From assembly GCA_013811945.1 (NCBI GenBank), contig JACCUI010000284.1, forward strand, positions 10,104 through 74,103: 64,000 nt of DNA, in the 5' to 3' direction. Positions 1 through 9,993 of the stretch are shown in pieces. The notes below the pieces were generated by a model. It did no database searches, was not told the DNA's origin, and saw nothing but the letters and a program-made list of their open reading frames with translations. The stretch is from Pyrinomonadaceae bacterium. Its GTDB lineage: Bacteria > Acidobacteriota > Blastocatellia > Pyrinomonadales > Pyrinomonadaceae. The translations under genes were made by a program, and so were the position numbers. Position 1 is the stretch's first letter; every line of letters begins with the position of its first letter.

Positions 1-2353
1 CAGGCAGAAGACCGAATGGAGCAAACTCCTCAACCTTCGCTCGCAGACTGTCAAATTTGATCGGATTCAGCAGACTGCTAAAAGCTCCTATTTCGGACAT
101 GTTTTCAGCGCCCCGGCGGAGAAACTCCGGCGCGCTTTCGGCGAGTTGTGCATAGCCGGGCTGGCCAAAAATCCTCGAAGTGAAGGTCGCATTGAAGTCC
201 TTCACAAAATACGATTCGTATGGGTGCGGCACACGACTGTGTGGCGACAGTGGATTCGCTGGATCAAGCCGCACGAGCACTGTGCTAAAACGAAAACAAC
301 CTCCTTGAGTGTTTGTTACCTGGGTAAATTCAGTGATGAGAGTTTCCGACGCATCAAGCCACTCGATTTTAACCTCGCCGAAGACTGTTACTCGTCTCAT
401 AGTCACGCGCCCGGCCGGGACCGAGATCGCCGGGGCGGCCGATTCCTGACCATCAATGATGGAATCGCGTATTTCGAGGTTCGTAAGCTCGCCTCCGCCA
501 TCGACTCGAATTGGGCCGAGGATTGAGTTCTCGATGATCAGGTTTTCCACATTTCCGACGATAATGAGCGGTACCGCGCGAATGGGATTGCCGGCTGCGT
601 CAACTCCCCCCGGATCAAGAGTCATGTGGCGCAGGGTGACGCGCTCGTAATCACCGAGCAGCTGGATTTCAAATGGATCTGTTGCTCCAATCCACAATCC
701 GTCCAGTGTTAGTTCCGATTCCAGGTTAGCCGACGTGTCCAATAGCCAATCGTCCTCAAGGCGCAGATACGGTCGTTTTCGATTGGCGGCACGCAGTTCA
801 AGCCGGGTGATTTGATCGCGGTTGTCGATCAGTGTGTAGTTTTCGGAATCGCCCACTTCCGCAACATGAGGAAGCACTCCTCCCGGTGGAAGGAAGTTTA
901 AGCCCGCCGGGGAGCCTGTTTGAATTGCTAAGCCGTCGCTGATTGGGTGCGTGATGGCGGCGCTGAGGGACTCTGAGCGGTCATAACCACCTGCCCCGAT
1001 CTCTGCGGAGAAGCCATAGTGATGCGAGACAAGAGGCTGCGGCGCTGCTCCCGCACCAACCCAAAGCAAACGGCCACGTCTGGGATCGATGACCCAGTCT
1101 TTCGCTACCCCTGCTATCGATGCGGTCCCATTCTCCAGATCACCACCAACTATTAGTTCCCGAGCGACCGGAACAAATCGTGGCGGACCGAGGTCGTTAC
1201 GAAATGTCTTCACAACCACTGAGGCATCCGACGTCTCTTCAGAAGTCGAGGTAGGGGCTAGGTCTCCAGGGAACACGCCGATCGGAAGCAACTCTCGTTT
1301 GCCGCATTCAGCAATCAACGCAGCAACGAGTAGCGGATTCCAAACAACTGGATTCCTGAGCGCGGTTTGCTGCGGTCCCGTTAAGACCTCTGAGATGTGG
1401 AAGAGCCGCGCCTCAGTGGGAATGCGCTCATTTTTGAAACGGCGCAGCAATCCAAGAATGGCATTGGCGGTGGCTGGCGGCAGCGAGACTAAAAGCCCGG
1501 CCAACACTTGTTCTGTGATGACCAATTCGGCGTGGTTTAGTACGCGACAACGCATTGGCGCCGGTACTCCCCCCTCCTTCGCCGAGATCCATTCCTCCCA
1601 ATCGAAGCGTTCGCGATCGTCGGTCCGATGTCGTCGCATGAACAACGGAATATCGCGGCCTGACGGATCAAACGTAAAGGTGTTCGCAAACGGTCCCGGC
1701 ACCGGCGTCACGTCGTCGAGTCGAGTGGAAGCGAGGCGGTAAAGATGAAAGCCCAGCTTCGCAATTCCGTAGCGGCCGTCCCGACCTCGAGGTCGCCTGA
1801 CGTCAGGTGTGTGATGAAACTCGTCAAACGGTGAATCAGAGAGCTCCGCGCCGTGCGCACTGCCCAGGTTGGCCCATCCACCCGGCGGCGTCCCGGTTAA
1901 CAAACCCGCAAGTGGCTGGGGAAACGGATCCAGGCCATGACGCATTCGCCCCAGCCGGCGAAATTCTTCGACCAGTTTGCCTTCCCAGCCGGTGATGTCC
2001 GCGATCAGTTCTTCGAGAATACGCGGAGTGCCGGCGCGGCGACGGTAATAGATAGTCTTGGCCACATCCACTCGGCGTCCGCGCAGATTAAGCGCGGACA
2101 CCATGCGGGTTGCGACTAGTTCGCCGATGTAAGGGACAGCCCACTCGGCGCAGAGATCAATGAACTCATCGTCCCAGAGACGGTCGTTACTACGCCGTAA
2201 AGTAGCTGCCTGTTGGGCGAGCACTTCGACGAAGCCGCGCAGGACGCCGGGCGGGTCTGCCAACCCATCATCCTCGCGATAGAATTCCGGAATTGTCGCC
2301 CAGATCTTTTCGGCAAAGTAACGGTCGAAATGATCGTGAGCTGGCGCGGGCAT
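1..2353 (-). CDS. eCIS baseplate/tail protein with phage P2 gpI-like N-terminal domain and beta-helix-like repeats (partial; 3' end beyond the window)
   Basis: Not in the ORF track because no stop lies in the window. Manual minus-strand translation from ATG 2353-2351 (TAATG overlap with the upstream stop) stays open to base 1: MPAPAHDHFDRYFAEKIWATIPEFYRED...CAEWAVPYIGELV...KTIYYRRRAGTPRILEELIADITGW (tail protein I-type motif). Later VENLIIENSILGPIRVDGGGELTNLEIRDSIIDG repeats. Confidence 0.7.
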   Translation of the reverse strand, partial: MPAPAHDHFDRYFAEKIWATIPEFYREDDGLADPPGVLRGFVEVLAQQAATLRRSNDRLWDDEFIDLCAEWAVPYIGELVATRMVSALNLRGRRVDVAKTIYYRRRAGTPRILEELIADITGWEGKLVEEFRRLGRMRHGLDPFPQPLAGLLTGTPPGGWANLGSAHGAELSDSPFDEFHHTPDVRRPRGRDGRYGIAKLGFHLYRLASTRLDDVTPVPGPFANTFTFDPSGRDIPLFMRRHRTDDRERFDWEEWISAKEGGVPAPMRCRVLNHAELVITEQVLAGLLVSLPPATANAILGLLRRFKNERIPTEARLFHISEVLTGPQQTALRNPVVWNPLLVAALIAECGKRELLPIGVFPGDLAPTSTSEETSDASVVVKTFRNDLGPPRFVPVARELIVGGDLENGTASIAGVAKDWVIDPRRGRLLWVGAGAAPQPLVSHHYGFSAEIGAGGYDRSESLSAAITHPISDGLAIQTGSPAGLNFLPPGGVLPHVAEVGDSENYTLIDNRDQITRLELRAANRKRPYLRLEDDWLLDTSANLESELTLDGLWIGATDPFEIQLLGDYERVTLRHMTLDPGGVDAAGNPIRAVPLIIVGNVENLIIENSILGPIRVDGGGELTNLEIRDSIIDGQESAAPAISVPAGRVTMRRVTVFGEVKIEWLDASETLITEFTQVTNTQGGCFRFSTVLVRLDPANPLSPHSRVPHPYESYFVKDFNATFTSRIFGQPGYAQLAESAPEFLRRGAENMSEIGAFSSLLNPIKFDSLRAKVEEFAPFGLLP

Positions 2354-4785
2354 TACTCGCTCCTCCCATTCAGATAGAGCCCATTTGAGAAATCAAAGTA
2401 GTAACCGGCCGGAGGCTTGATCCCGAAATCGGAAAATGGTGCGCCTCCGAATGTAAGTCCTGTCACTGAAGTGACACCTGCAACGTTCAGCAGGAACTCG
2501 AAGAGCCGGCTCCGGAACAACGGTTTGCCGATGCCCAGCCTTTCCGGCGGCAGCAATCCTGCCTCAACATCCAGCAGGGCCGTCCGCGCTGAGGTCACCA
2601 CATCAGCTTCAAAGCGCTTGGGATCGTGAGTGAGCTGAATTGAAAGTGTTGCTGGCGCTGCCACGGCGGGCTCGACCTGGATTGGTGTATCCGGCTGAGT
2701 CAAACTTCTCAGCTTGTTCAATATCAGTTCCCTGAGATCGCCGTCTGCGAGGTACCAAATGTGCGCTGCAGGAACTTGAAGTTCGGAACTCCAGCGCCAT
2801 TCCGCAGCAACCGCGCGCACTCCGGCGTAGCTCGCCGCAGCTGCTTCCAGATCCGCCAACGATACGGCGCGGCCGAGAAGCAACGCCGAGCGCGGCGCGT
2901 ATTTTTGCAGACTGTCAGCGGGCTCGGCATCGGCGCCGCCAAAAGGAGCGACCGGACTACGAACGCTCTTCAAGCCTTTGAAAGGTTTTGCGAGCTGCGT
3001 AATCGATCCTGCGGGAGGCATGGCAGCGCCGCCGCCATGGCGGTAATAGGCAACCACGCTCGAGCCGGTGCTCAAACGCCGGCCCAGCACCCCGTCGCCA
3101 AAAGTGATGATGCTTTCATTCTTGTCGTTTTGCCTGACAATGTAGATCTGATCCTCCGGGCGATGACCGTAAAAACTCGTCACCTCCGTCCATTGCAGTC
3201 CGTCGACGTACACTTTCAAGGTGCTGGTGAGTCCGGAAGGCGTACTCTCGGCGGGCGCCGGCAGGAAAGTCAGCGGATTCTTCTTCAAGGTGAAACTCTG
3301 GTTGGCTATCGCGCCATCCCCCGACCCAATCAGTTCACCCTTAACGGTTTCTCCGCGCGAAGTCTTGAGCATGTTCCCGAACAGTTTTACCGGAGTGACA
3401 AGTGTGTCGGGCCAAGGATTGCCCTGCACCGCAAACTGTCCAGTCGCGAAATTCAAACTGCCTGGGCGCGTCAGGCCGGCGCCGTTCTTGTCTTCAAGCT
3501 GAAACTGGCCAGGCGCCGAAGTGTCCCGCGGCAGCTCAATCGGAGTGCGCACGTTGAGCGGATCGTCATCGTCGATCTCAGTGAGTGATTCAGAGGTTAT
3601 AAGTCCGGCGTCAGCGAAGGCGTAGTGCACGTCGATGTGCGGGGAAGCGCTGGAGACTGTACCATCAATGTTGTTGGTGAAATAGATCCGCGATACGGGA
3701 GCGAGGACGGCGGGCACGCTGACCGTCGTTTCCGTGCCACCGACGGGAGTGAACTTCACACTGCCTTCCGCCATCAGCGTCCGCGTAGCGTCTTCATTTC
3801 TATCCACCGTGAGGGGCTGCAATACGCCGCCGCCCTCGAGCACTACGTATTGGCCCTTTCGGATCTGCGGGTTTACAGAGTCGAGATAGATGTGGTTCGT
3901 ACCGACTGCGGTCTCGCCGTTGACGCTGCGCTTCCATTGGGAAGTAATGGCTGAGGCCTTCAGAAGTCTAACCGAACTGTAGGCAGTCCCAGCCGCGACA
4001 ATCAGAGATGTGTTGAAGCTGACCCGGACATAGTTCTCGCCGTCTGCGCCGGTGTAGTCGCTAACGCCTGTGACGCGGCGCGCTTGAATCGACGAGGCAA
4101 GGCGCACGATAACCGTATCGCCTGCTTTGACACTTACGGTGCCAGGCTTGCACAACAGAGATGTCTGCGCCGTGCTGGTAACAGGAAGGTAAACCGGTCT
4201 GACAGAAAGAAAGGTCCATTCGTTCAGTAGTGGATGGATAGTGGCTTCCGTTGTCAGCTCGAATACTTGAGGCGGACTTCCTGGGAAGGCGCCAGAACGA
4301 AAAGCCGTTCCCACGGGCAGACTCACCACCTGACGTCCTTCGGCAAACGCAGCAAGCTCAGCCAGCGCCGCGACTGCCGGGCGCGGGATATAGCCCAGCG
4401 GGTCTACGAGTTTCCGCAGCGATTCACGGCGACGCGCTGTGCGCACGTAGGATTCATGAGCCAGGACATCGTCGTAAAAAGAGGTTAGGTCGCAGACGTA
4501 AGCCCACATTTCGAGCAGCATCATTCCAAAGTCTGTCGGGTGACGACCACGCCACCGTCCACTCGCCTCGAGAGATCTCTTCAAACCTTCGCGATCGCGT
4601 TCGGTCAGAAACCGCATCGACCAGAGCGGGTGCTCTTGGAGCGCTGCCGTGCTGCGGATCGAGACTGCGTGCAGCAACGCGCGGCGAAATTCGGCAAACG
4701 TGCCTGTTTGGCGCGGCAGCCTGCGGAGTCCGGCAACGATCAGCGTTTCCGGCGGGAATCGGAAGTCATCGCAGATACAGTTCAT
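2353..4785 (-). CDS. eCIS large baseplate wedge protein (Afp12/gp7 position; putative baseplate assembly protein)
   Basis: 810-aa ORF with a 4-nt overlap to the upstream J-like gene and a 1-nt overlap to the downstream gene. Size and position match the second large baseplate component of eCIS loci. No catalytic motif seen. Confidence 0.55.
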   Translation of the reverse strand: MNCICDDFRFPPETLIVAGLRRLPRQTGTFAEFRRALLHAVSIRSTAALQEHPLWSMRFLTERDREGLKRSLEASGRWRGRHPTDFGMMLLEMWAYVCDLTSFYDDVLAHESYVRTARRRESLRKLVDPLGYIPRPAVAALAELAAFAEGRQVVSLPVGTAFRSGAFPGSPPQVFELTTEATIHPLLNEWTFLSVRPVYLPVTSTAQTSLLCKPGTVSVKAGDTVIVRLASSIQARRVTGVSDYTGADGENYVRVSFNTSLIVAAGTAYSSVRLLKASAITSQWKRSVNGETAVGTNHIYLDSVNPQIRKGQYVVLEGGGVLQPLTVDRNEDATRTLMAEGSVKFTPVGGTETTVSVPAVLAPVSRIYFTNNIDGTVSSASPHIDVHYAFADAGLITSESLTEIDDDDPLNVRTPIELPRDTSAPGQFQLEDKNGAGLTRPGSLNFATGQFAVQGNPWPDTLVTPVKLFGNMLKTSRGETVKGELIGSGDGAIANQSFTLKKNPLTFLPAPAESTPSGLTSTLKVYVDGLQWTEVTSFYGHRPEDQIYIVRQNDKNESIITFGDGVLGRRLSTGSSVVAYYRHGGGAAMPPAGSITQLAKPFKGLKSVRSPVAPFGGADAEPADSLQKYAPRSALLLGRAVSLADLEAAAASYAGVRAVAAEWRWSSELQVPAAHIWYLADGDLRELILNKLRSLTQPDTPIQVEPAVAAPATLSIQLTHDPKRFEADVVTSARTALLDVEAGLLPPERLGIGKPLFRSRLFEFLLNVAGVTSVTGLTFGGAPFSDFGIKPPAGYYFDFSNGLYLNGRSE

Positions 4786-7361
4786 GCGCCTCCCTCCATA
4801 ACGAGCCGGACGGCGCCACGCTCGGGCAACTCGGGATTGTTTTCGACGCGAATGATTTCGTCTGCGGCCACTGAGTAGACAAGCTCGTCAAAGATTCGCC
4901 TGGCGAACCAACCGCGGCGGCGGATGTAGATCTCTTCCACGGCCCGCACGCCGGGCACGCCCTGAATAACTGCTTCGAGCTGAGCACGTTTGAGGCTATC
5001 GCCAAAGGTCCAGTTGTCCGGCGAGAAGAAGCCGGTATGCGGCCGGACCCCGCGGCGGCCAAACAAGGCTTTGAGCACCGCTTCCTTTACTTCTCCAATG
5101 TAAGAACTCGGCTCAACGCAGATATGAATTTCGAGATCGAGATTCGCGAACTTGGGATTCATTCCGTGCGTCTCGCGTGCTGCGAGACGGTATCGATCGA
5201 GCTGTCGCTCCAACTCGCGGCGCTCTTCGGTAGTCAGAGTGAAACTGCGTTTCGGATCCGGCGTTGCAAACAGTGTCAACCAACTTCCCGTCCATCGAAA
5301 CTGCGCGCCCGCGCGTTGGACCCAATCGAGTTTCTCTACGGCAGAGGCGTAGTCTTCGGCACGAACTGCTCGAAACGTCTCGGCGCGGAAAGCGTCGGGC
5401 GCCACATGCCGCGCCTCGTTCGCTGTTTCCGGATCGATCGCGTCCGTAATCCCAAACGGATTCGTGGCGGCAATCACAAAAGGAAGCACCGCCCCATCGA
5501 AATCGTTGAGCGAGTCCGCGGCCACGTTGTTTCCGCGGCCGTGGCCGAGCCGGTAAACGACCCGAAGATCCATGCCGCGCGTCGGGACTTCGCCGAACTC
5601 GCCGTTTCCGAATTGCACCGTCGCACCGCGCCCGTTGGCGTAATCGAAGTGGATGAACTCCTGGGGTGTGCCGGTTTCATCGACTCGTCGGAACAACGCC
5701 ACCCGACGCCAGGATCCGTCGTCGAGTGTGAAGTGCTTGTCGGTCGGCAACGATGAACTGACGCCAAGCATTGACCGTTTCCATTCCCATTCTGCTGTGG
5801 GAACAAACACTCCGGCCACGAAGTCGCCTTCAATGACCCGGACTTCAGGCGTCGCATGATCAAGGGTGGGACCATGCGAGATGACATCGCGTTGCTCCGA
5901 ACCCGGTAGTGTGAAAAGAAGCGAAGAACGTTCGATGGCGTAACCGGAGAAAGTTTCGTTGTAGTGCGGGTTCGAGGCTGGTAATGGCGCCGGCGGTGAA
6001 GACGGAAGGACCAGCGCCTGCGGAGTTGGTTCGATTTGGAAAAACGCCTCGAGTGTTTCGCCTGCCGTGGCCGGCACGATATTGCCTCGAACCACGAGTG
6101 TTTCGAGCTCCAGCTCAAAACGGGTGGCCTGTGCTGGTTCCCATTCGAGTCTGGTAATGTTGGTAACGGTCAGTGGGTCGACCTCATTAGTCACGCGAAT
6201 TAAACGCACCAGCCACGTTCTCGCAGGGACGCTGGCATCAATTGGATTCGTCTTCAGTACAGCCCATTTGCCGGGCACGTCCGGGTTCGTGAAGTCTTCG
6301 AGTGGCAGATCCGCCGCGTGGTGACCGATCACGTGCAGGAACGTGGAGCCAACAAGCAGACAGGCATCGTTTTCATCCCACTGGTAAGCCGCCATTGCGT
6401 TGGCGCCGTTTCGTAGATTGAAGGTCGAGCTCGGATAGATGTTGCTTTGCGAGGCGAGCACACCGAGCGGCGGCGTCAGTCCGCTGTGTCCTTGCACAAT
6501 GCCGTGTCCCACTTCATAGACGGAAGGACTGCGGCCACGTCGCTGGGCAGGCGTTTCCGTTGCGGTAACTGCGGGCGGCGACACCCACACGGATGTTCCC
6601 GCTGAGATGACATGTATTAGTGCGGATGCGTCGACGGAGAAGTCGAGCCACGTGGCACCTCCTTTGCCATCATGCAGGTGGTAGTCAACCATTCGCGCAT
6701 GACGGCGCAAGGAGCGGCGTTGCGTTGCGCTCTCGAAATAGCCTTCGCGCGAGATGCGGTCCTGATAGTAAGCAAAGTCGTCGCCCATCGCGCTCATGAC
6801 TTCCGCGAGCATCATGCCGACGTCTGCTTCGAGGCGGTCTTTCCAGTCGGGATGACGGTCGGCAGCAAAATCGAGCAATGCTTGCCGGATGCTCCAGAAA
6901 TCTCGGGCCTGGTAATTGACGGGATAATCAATAAGGTCCTCTTCCGGACATTCGTGTGGGAGCGGCGCGCAATCCAGTTCGCTGGGACAGTTTGCCTTGA
7001 AGCTAAAACCAACTTCCTGGAAATAAGGATCGACCAACGGATGATCAAGGCGGAACCGGTAGCGTGAGAAGTCGCCCGGCGTCGTAGTTATTACCTGCAA
7101 AACGCGCCGGCCGAACATCGTTATGAAAACTGGCGGGAAGCCTGGATCCAGTGGTACCACCGGCAGCGACTCGCCACCGGAAGGACTGTAGATCCTAATT
7201 TGACTGGCCTGAACTGCGCCGAGAATTTGCTGCGGCGTCAGCGTCGCAGACGGGTGAAAGAAGACGAACAGCGTCCGCTGGTCTTCGCTAACGAAAACGA
7301 AATCCATGCCGACGATGTCGTCGCGCAGGCGCAGAGTCTCGATGCGGTCAATGGCAGCCAT
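4782..7361 (-). CDS. Baseplate J-like protein (gp6/Afp11-like)
   Basis: 859-aa ORF directly after the gp25 gene. Segment RDFWSIRQALLDFAADRHPDWKDRLEADVGMMLAEVMSAMGDDFAYYQDRI resembles the baseplate J family core. Confidence 0.65.
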   Translation of the reverse strand: MAAIDRIETLRLRDDIVGMDFVFVSEDQRTLFVFFHPSATLTPQQILGAVQASQIRIYSPSGGESLPVVPLDPGFPPVFITMFGRRVLQVITTTPGDFSRYRFRLDHPLVDPYFQEVGFSFKANCPSELDCAPLPHECPEEDLIDYPVNYQARDFWSIRQALLDFAADRHPDWKDRLEADVGMMLAEVMSAMGDDFAYYQDRISREGYFESATQRRSLRRHARMVDYHLHDGKGGATWLDFSVDASALIHVISAGTSVWVSPPAVTATETPAQRRGRSPSVYEVGHGIVQGHSGLTPPLGVLASQSNIYPSSTFNLRNGANAMAAYQWDENDACLLVGSTFLHVIGHHAADLPLEDFTNPDVPGKWAVLKTNPIDASVPARTWLVRLIRVTNEVDPLTVTNITRLEWEPAQATRFELELETLVVRGNIVPATAGETLEAFFQIEPTPQALVLPSSPPAPLPASNPHYNETFSGYAIERSSLLFTLPGSEQRDVISHGPTLDHATPEVRVIEGDFVAGVFVPTAEWEWKRSMLGVSSSLPTDKHFTLDDGSWRRVALFRRVDETGTPQEFIHFDYANGRGATVQFGNGEFGEVPTRGMDLRVVYRLGHGRGNNVAADSLNDFDGAVLPFVIAATNPFGITDAIDPETANEARHVAPDAFRAETFRAVRAEDYASAVEKLDWVQRAGAQFRWTGSWLTLFATPDPKRSFTLTTEERRELERQLDRYRLAARETHGMNPKFANLDLEIHICVEPSSYIGEVKEAVLKALFGRRGVRPHTGFFSPDNWTFGDSLKRAQLEAVIQGVPGVRAVEEIYIRRRGWFARRIFDELVYSVAADEIIRVENNPELPERGAVRLVMEGGA

Positions 7362-7363
7362 GT

Positions 7364-7741
7364 TTATCGCGTCACTTCCAGGTTGAGATAACGACGTTCC
7401 CCGCGAGACCTGAGTGTGTAAGCGATGGTGATCTCGAGCCGTTCTTCGATGGCGAGCGCTTTCACGTCATTAACGGTGATTACAGTTCCCAGCCATCGCG
7501 TCAGCGCCTCGAAAATGGCCACCTGCGCGAGTGCGGCTGAAACCTCACTATTGGGCGCAAAAACCAATCGCTTAATACCGCAACCAAAGTCTGGCCGGTT
7601 AATCCGCTCCCCCGGGCTCGTGAAGAGTACTTGCCGGATCAATTGGTCAACATGCTCCGGGTAGTCCACTTCTTCCTGGAGCCTCCCAAGCGAAGCATCC
7701 ACCGCAATCGGATAACGGATACTGGTGAAGTTTGCCTTCAT
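7364..7741 (-). CDS. GPW/gp25-family baseplate wedge protein
   Basis: The ORF-track frame 7364..7918 overlaps the PAAR gene. The internal ATG at 7741 forms an ATGA overlap with the PAAR stop. Sequence MKANFTSIRYPIAVD...HVDQLIRQVLFTSPGERINRPDFGCGIKRLVF is the typical gp25 motif. Confidence 0.85.
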   Translation of the reverse strand: MKANFTSIRYPIAVDASLGRLQEEVDYPEHVDQLIRQVLFTSPGERINRPDFGCGIKRLVFAPNSEVSAALAQVAIFEALTRWLGTVITVNDVKALAIEERLEITIAYTLRSRGERRYLNLEVTR

Positions 7742-8058
7742 CACTGGCTCTGAACTTTTGCCTGGGTGTTCATAATGACCACCGGCCCCTGGGGAATCTG
7801 TAGTCCGTTCAGGCAAAGACCCACGCTGGAGCGACTCAGCGAGGGAATGCCGTTGACCTTGACCCGCACGTCTGTGATCAGCCAACGCACGGTCAAACAA
7901 GGACTCGAAATTGGACAACCCGCAACGATGAAAACATCCGTCGCCGTCGCCATCGGCGCACTAACTGCTTTAACACGCGTATTAGTGCTGATAATGATCA
8001 CGGTGCCGCCATGCGGACACTGCAAGGAACTAACGGTCGTGAGGCTATGGCCGGCCAT
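7741..8058 (-). CDS. PAAR-like spike-tip protein (DUF4280-type)
   Basis: 105 aa lying immediately after the spike gene (TGAATG junction). Contains LQCPHGGTV...VAGCPISSPC...VKVNG, a Cys/Gly-rich small beta protein. Confidence 0.6.
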   Translation of the reverse strand: MAGHSLTTVSSLQCPHGGTVIIISTNTRVKAVSAPMATATDVFIVAGCPISSPCLTVRWLITDVRVKVNGIPSLSRSSVGLCLNGLQIPQGPVVIMNTQAKVQSQ

Positions 8059-8631
8059 TCAGGTCACCTCCAAAGCGCCGCCGTTCACCCTCACAGACGA
8101 GACAGTCACTTCCACTTTGCCGATTCCGCCCCGATCACTGACAACGCCGCCACTGCCGACGGTGTGTGTTGCCTGCCCGCTTTCTGTTTTCACGTCGTCG
8201 CTGAATGTGATTCGGGAATTGCTCGTGTTCCTGATGAGCAGCTCATCCCCATCGTCATCGAGCCTCACTGTAAGCGATTCGGTCTTCCAGATTTTCACCG
8301 GCGCTCCCCCGGAATCAGGTAACTCGTTGTCGGCCCAGAAACAGCCGGTCCAGATGGGATAGGATGGGTCGCCCGCCTCAAATTCGATCCAGACGCCTGC
8401 GCCCGCAGCGGGCAAGCTGTAGAAACCCACGCCATCGCCCGCGTAGGGCACACAAGGCATGGCCCACACCTCAAGGGTGGCCAGGATTGCGGGTACCTTG
8501 ACCTTCAAACGCCCGCGCGAGGTCGGGTCAGCATTGTCCGCAACCGTGCCTCGATATTTCCCGAAGTAATGGCCACGAACCCATTCAAGGAGGTTTTGCG
8601 CCAGCTCTTGCGCGTTTGATTCGTAGTCCAT
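8059..8631 (-). CDS. Baseplate spike protein (phage gpV / VgrG-like, gp5 OB-fold)
   Basis: YRGTVADNADPTSRGRLKVKVPAILATLEVWAMPCVPYAGDGVGFYSLPAAGAGVWIEFEAGDPSYPIWTGCFW is the canonical gpV/gp5 N-terminal signature. Confidence 0.8.
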   Translation of the reverse strand: MDYESNAQELAQNLLEWVRGHYFGKYRGTVADNADPTSRGRLKVKVPAILATLEVWAMPCVPYAGDGVGFYSLPAAGAGVWIEFEAGDPSYPIWTGCFWADNELPDSGGAPVKIWKTESLTVRLDDDGDELLIRNTSNSRITFSDDVKTESGQATHTVGSGGVVSDRGGIGKVEVTVSSVRVNGGALEVT

Positions 8632-8632
8632 T

Positions 8633-9691
8633 TCAAGCTCCCCAACCGTTGCGAATCAGTTCCACATCCATCCGGTGTGACGCGGAATCAATCGTGTGTC
8701 GCACACCGCAAACAAAATACTTCCCACTGAAGCGACTACCAGCTCCGCGCACATTGACCACGGTTTGTGCGCGTACCAGGGCTTTTAGTGCGTTGACGGT
8801 GGTCTGACATTTGGCCCGAATAAACCAGCCTGCTTCGATCAATGCCGCTTCGCCTCGACTCTGGAGATCGCCGGCGTCGTCCACTGGAGCGACCAGGTGA
8901 AGCGAGTGCGACCCCGTGGCAATCTCATCCAGGGATGCCGATCCCAACGAAGCCAGTGGAGATGCAATTACATCACCGTCAATATCTGACTTGTTGTTGA
9001 GGTCGAGCTGCGCGGCTACCACGTTTGTGGGGCGTTCTGCGTCCCACGTGATATCGACTACTGCCACGTTGTTGGATTCGAGGTTAATCGTCAGATCGTT
9101 GGCCGCATCGCCATCGAGCGGAGCGCGTTTAAAGTGGGCGGTTTCAATTCCCTGCTCGTCGCAGGTAATCCAGAAGAGAGCGCCGTTGCGGCGTGCCAGG
9201 CGTTGAACGAACTGCAGATCAGTGTCCCGCTGGACCAGAGTGTGTTTCTGCTCAAAGTGTCCAGCCGCGGTAGGCTCAACGTCCGGTGTGTAGCCGTATA
9301 TACCGAAGATCGCATTCACCGCATCGCTATCGGCAAGATCCGACCACAGCACAGTTTTGGTTTCGCGATTCATGGCGATGGATGTGTCGCAACCCGAGAC
9401 CTCAACAAAAGAACATGCGCCGCCGTGCTCGAGATGAATCTGCTGTCCCGTGACGGGCCCCTTCACCAGATAGTTGTTCTTTCCGTCCAGGGGAGCAATC
9501 AGGGACAGTTCAGACCCTGGGCCCAGGCGTTCGTCTACGAGCGTAGGAAAATCTCCTTCGCTGATATCGATGTCGTAGCGAATGCGATAAGTCGTCATCT
9601 CACCCATACGTTCATAAACTTCGACCCACGCCGCGGCGGCGAGCTCTTCATCCGGCGTGCCGTCAACCGCGATGGCGATTTCGAGGCCCAT
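8633..9691 (-). CDS. Late control gene D-like baseplate hub protein
   Basis: 352 aa just upstream of the spike gene. The C-terminal GKYFVCGVRHTIDSASHRMDVELIRNG matches the gpD/VgrG-N family end motif. Confidence 0.65.
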   Translation of the reverse strand: MGLEIAIAVDGTPDEELAAAAWVEVYERMGEMTTYRIRYDIDISEGDFPTLVDERLGPGSELSLIAPLDGKNNYLVKGPVTGQQIHLEHGGACSFVEVSGCDTSIAMNRETKTVLWSDLADSDAVNAIFGIYGYTPDVEPTAAGHFEQKHTLVQRDTDLQFVQRLARRNGALFWITCDEQGIETAHFKRAPLDGDAANDLTINLESNNVAVVDITWDAERPTNVVAAQLDLNNKSDIDGDVIASPLASLGSASLDEIATGSHSLHLVAPVDDAGDLQSRGEAALIEAGWFIRAKCQTTVNALKALVRAQTVVNVRGAGSRFSGKYFVCGVRHTIDSASHRMDVELIRNGWGA

Positions 9692-9705
9692 ATTTCAATT
9701 TCTGC

Positions 9706-9987
9706 TCAGCGGGCTTTGCCCAGAGGAATTTCGATCTCTCGTTGTTCTGTCAGCGTCTCCGGGAGCATCACATCGTTCAATTCACAAATGCGCCAGAAGC
9801 CTGCCGGGTTATCCAGGTACTCCTGTGCCAGGTGATCCAATCGCTGGCCCTGGCGCAACAGATGGATGCCGAGTGTCGTCTGGTCCGGCGGGGGCGGAAC
9901 GGGAACGACGGCCACTTCACGACCGCGGTGGTCTTTGACGGTGTAAGTCTTGAGAGCGGCATAACGGCTTTTCTGATCGAACATCAA
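9706..9987 (-). CDS. LysM-like / tail protein X-like small protein
   Basis: 93 aa. QGQRLDHLAQEYLDNPAGFWRICELNDVMLPETLTEQREIEIP resembles the LysM/gpX pattern. The position between the tube initiator and the hub is typical. Confidence 0.5.
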   Translation of the reverse strand: MMFDQKSRYAALKTYTVKDHRGREVAVVPVPPPPDQTTLGIHLLRQGQRLDHLAQEYLDNPAGFWRICELNDVMLPETLTEQREIEIPLGKAR

Positions 9988-9993
9988 TTTCTC

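Noticed and set aside
2116-2316. Minus-strand 66-aa track ORF at the start of the leftmost gene
   Set aside because: It is out of frame with the long open frame that starts at 2353 and runs to base 1. That frame is missed by the track only because it has no stop in the window.
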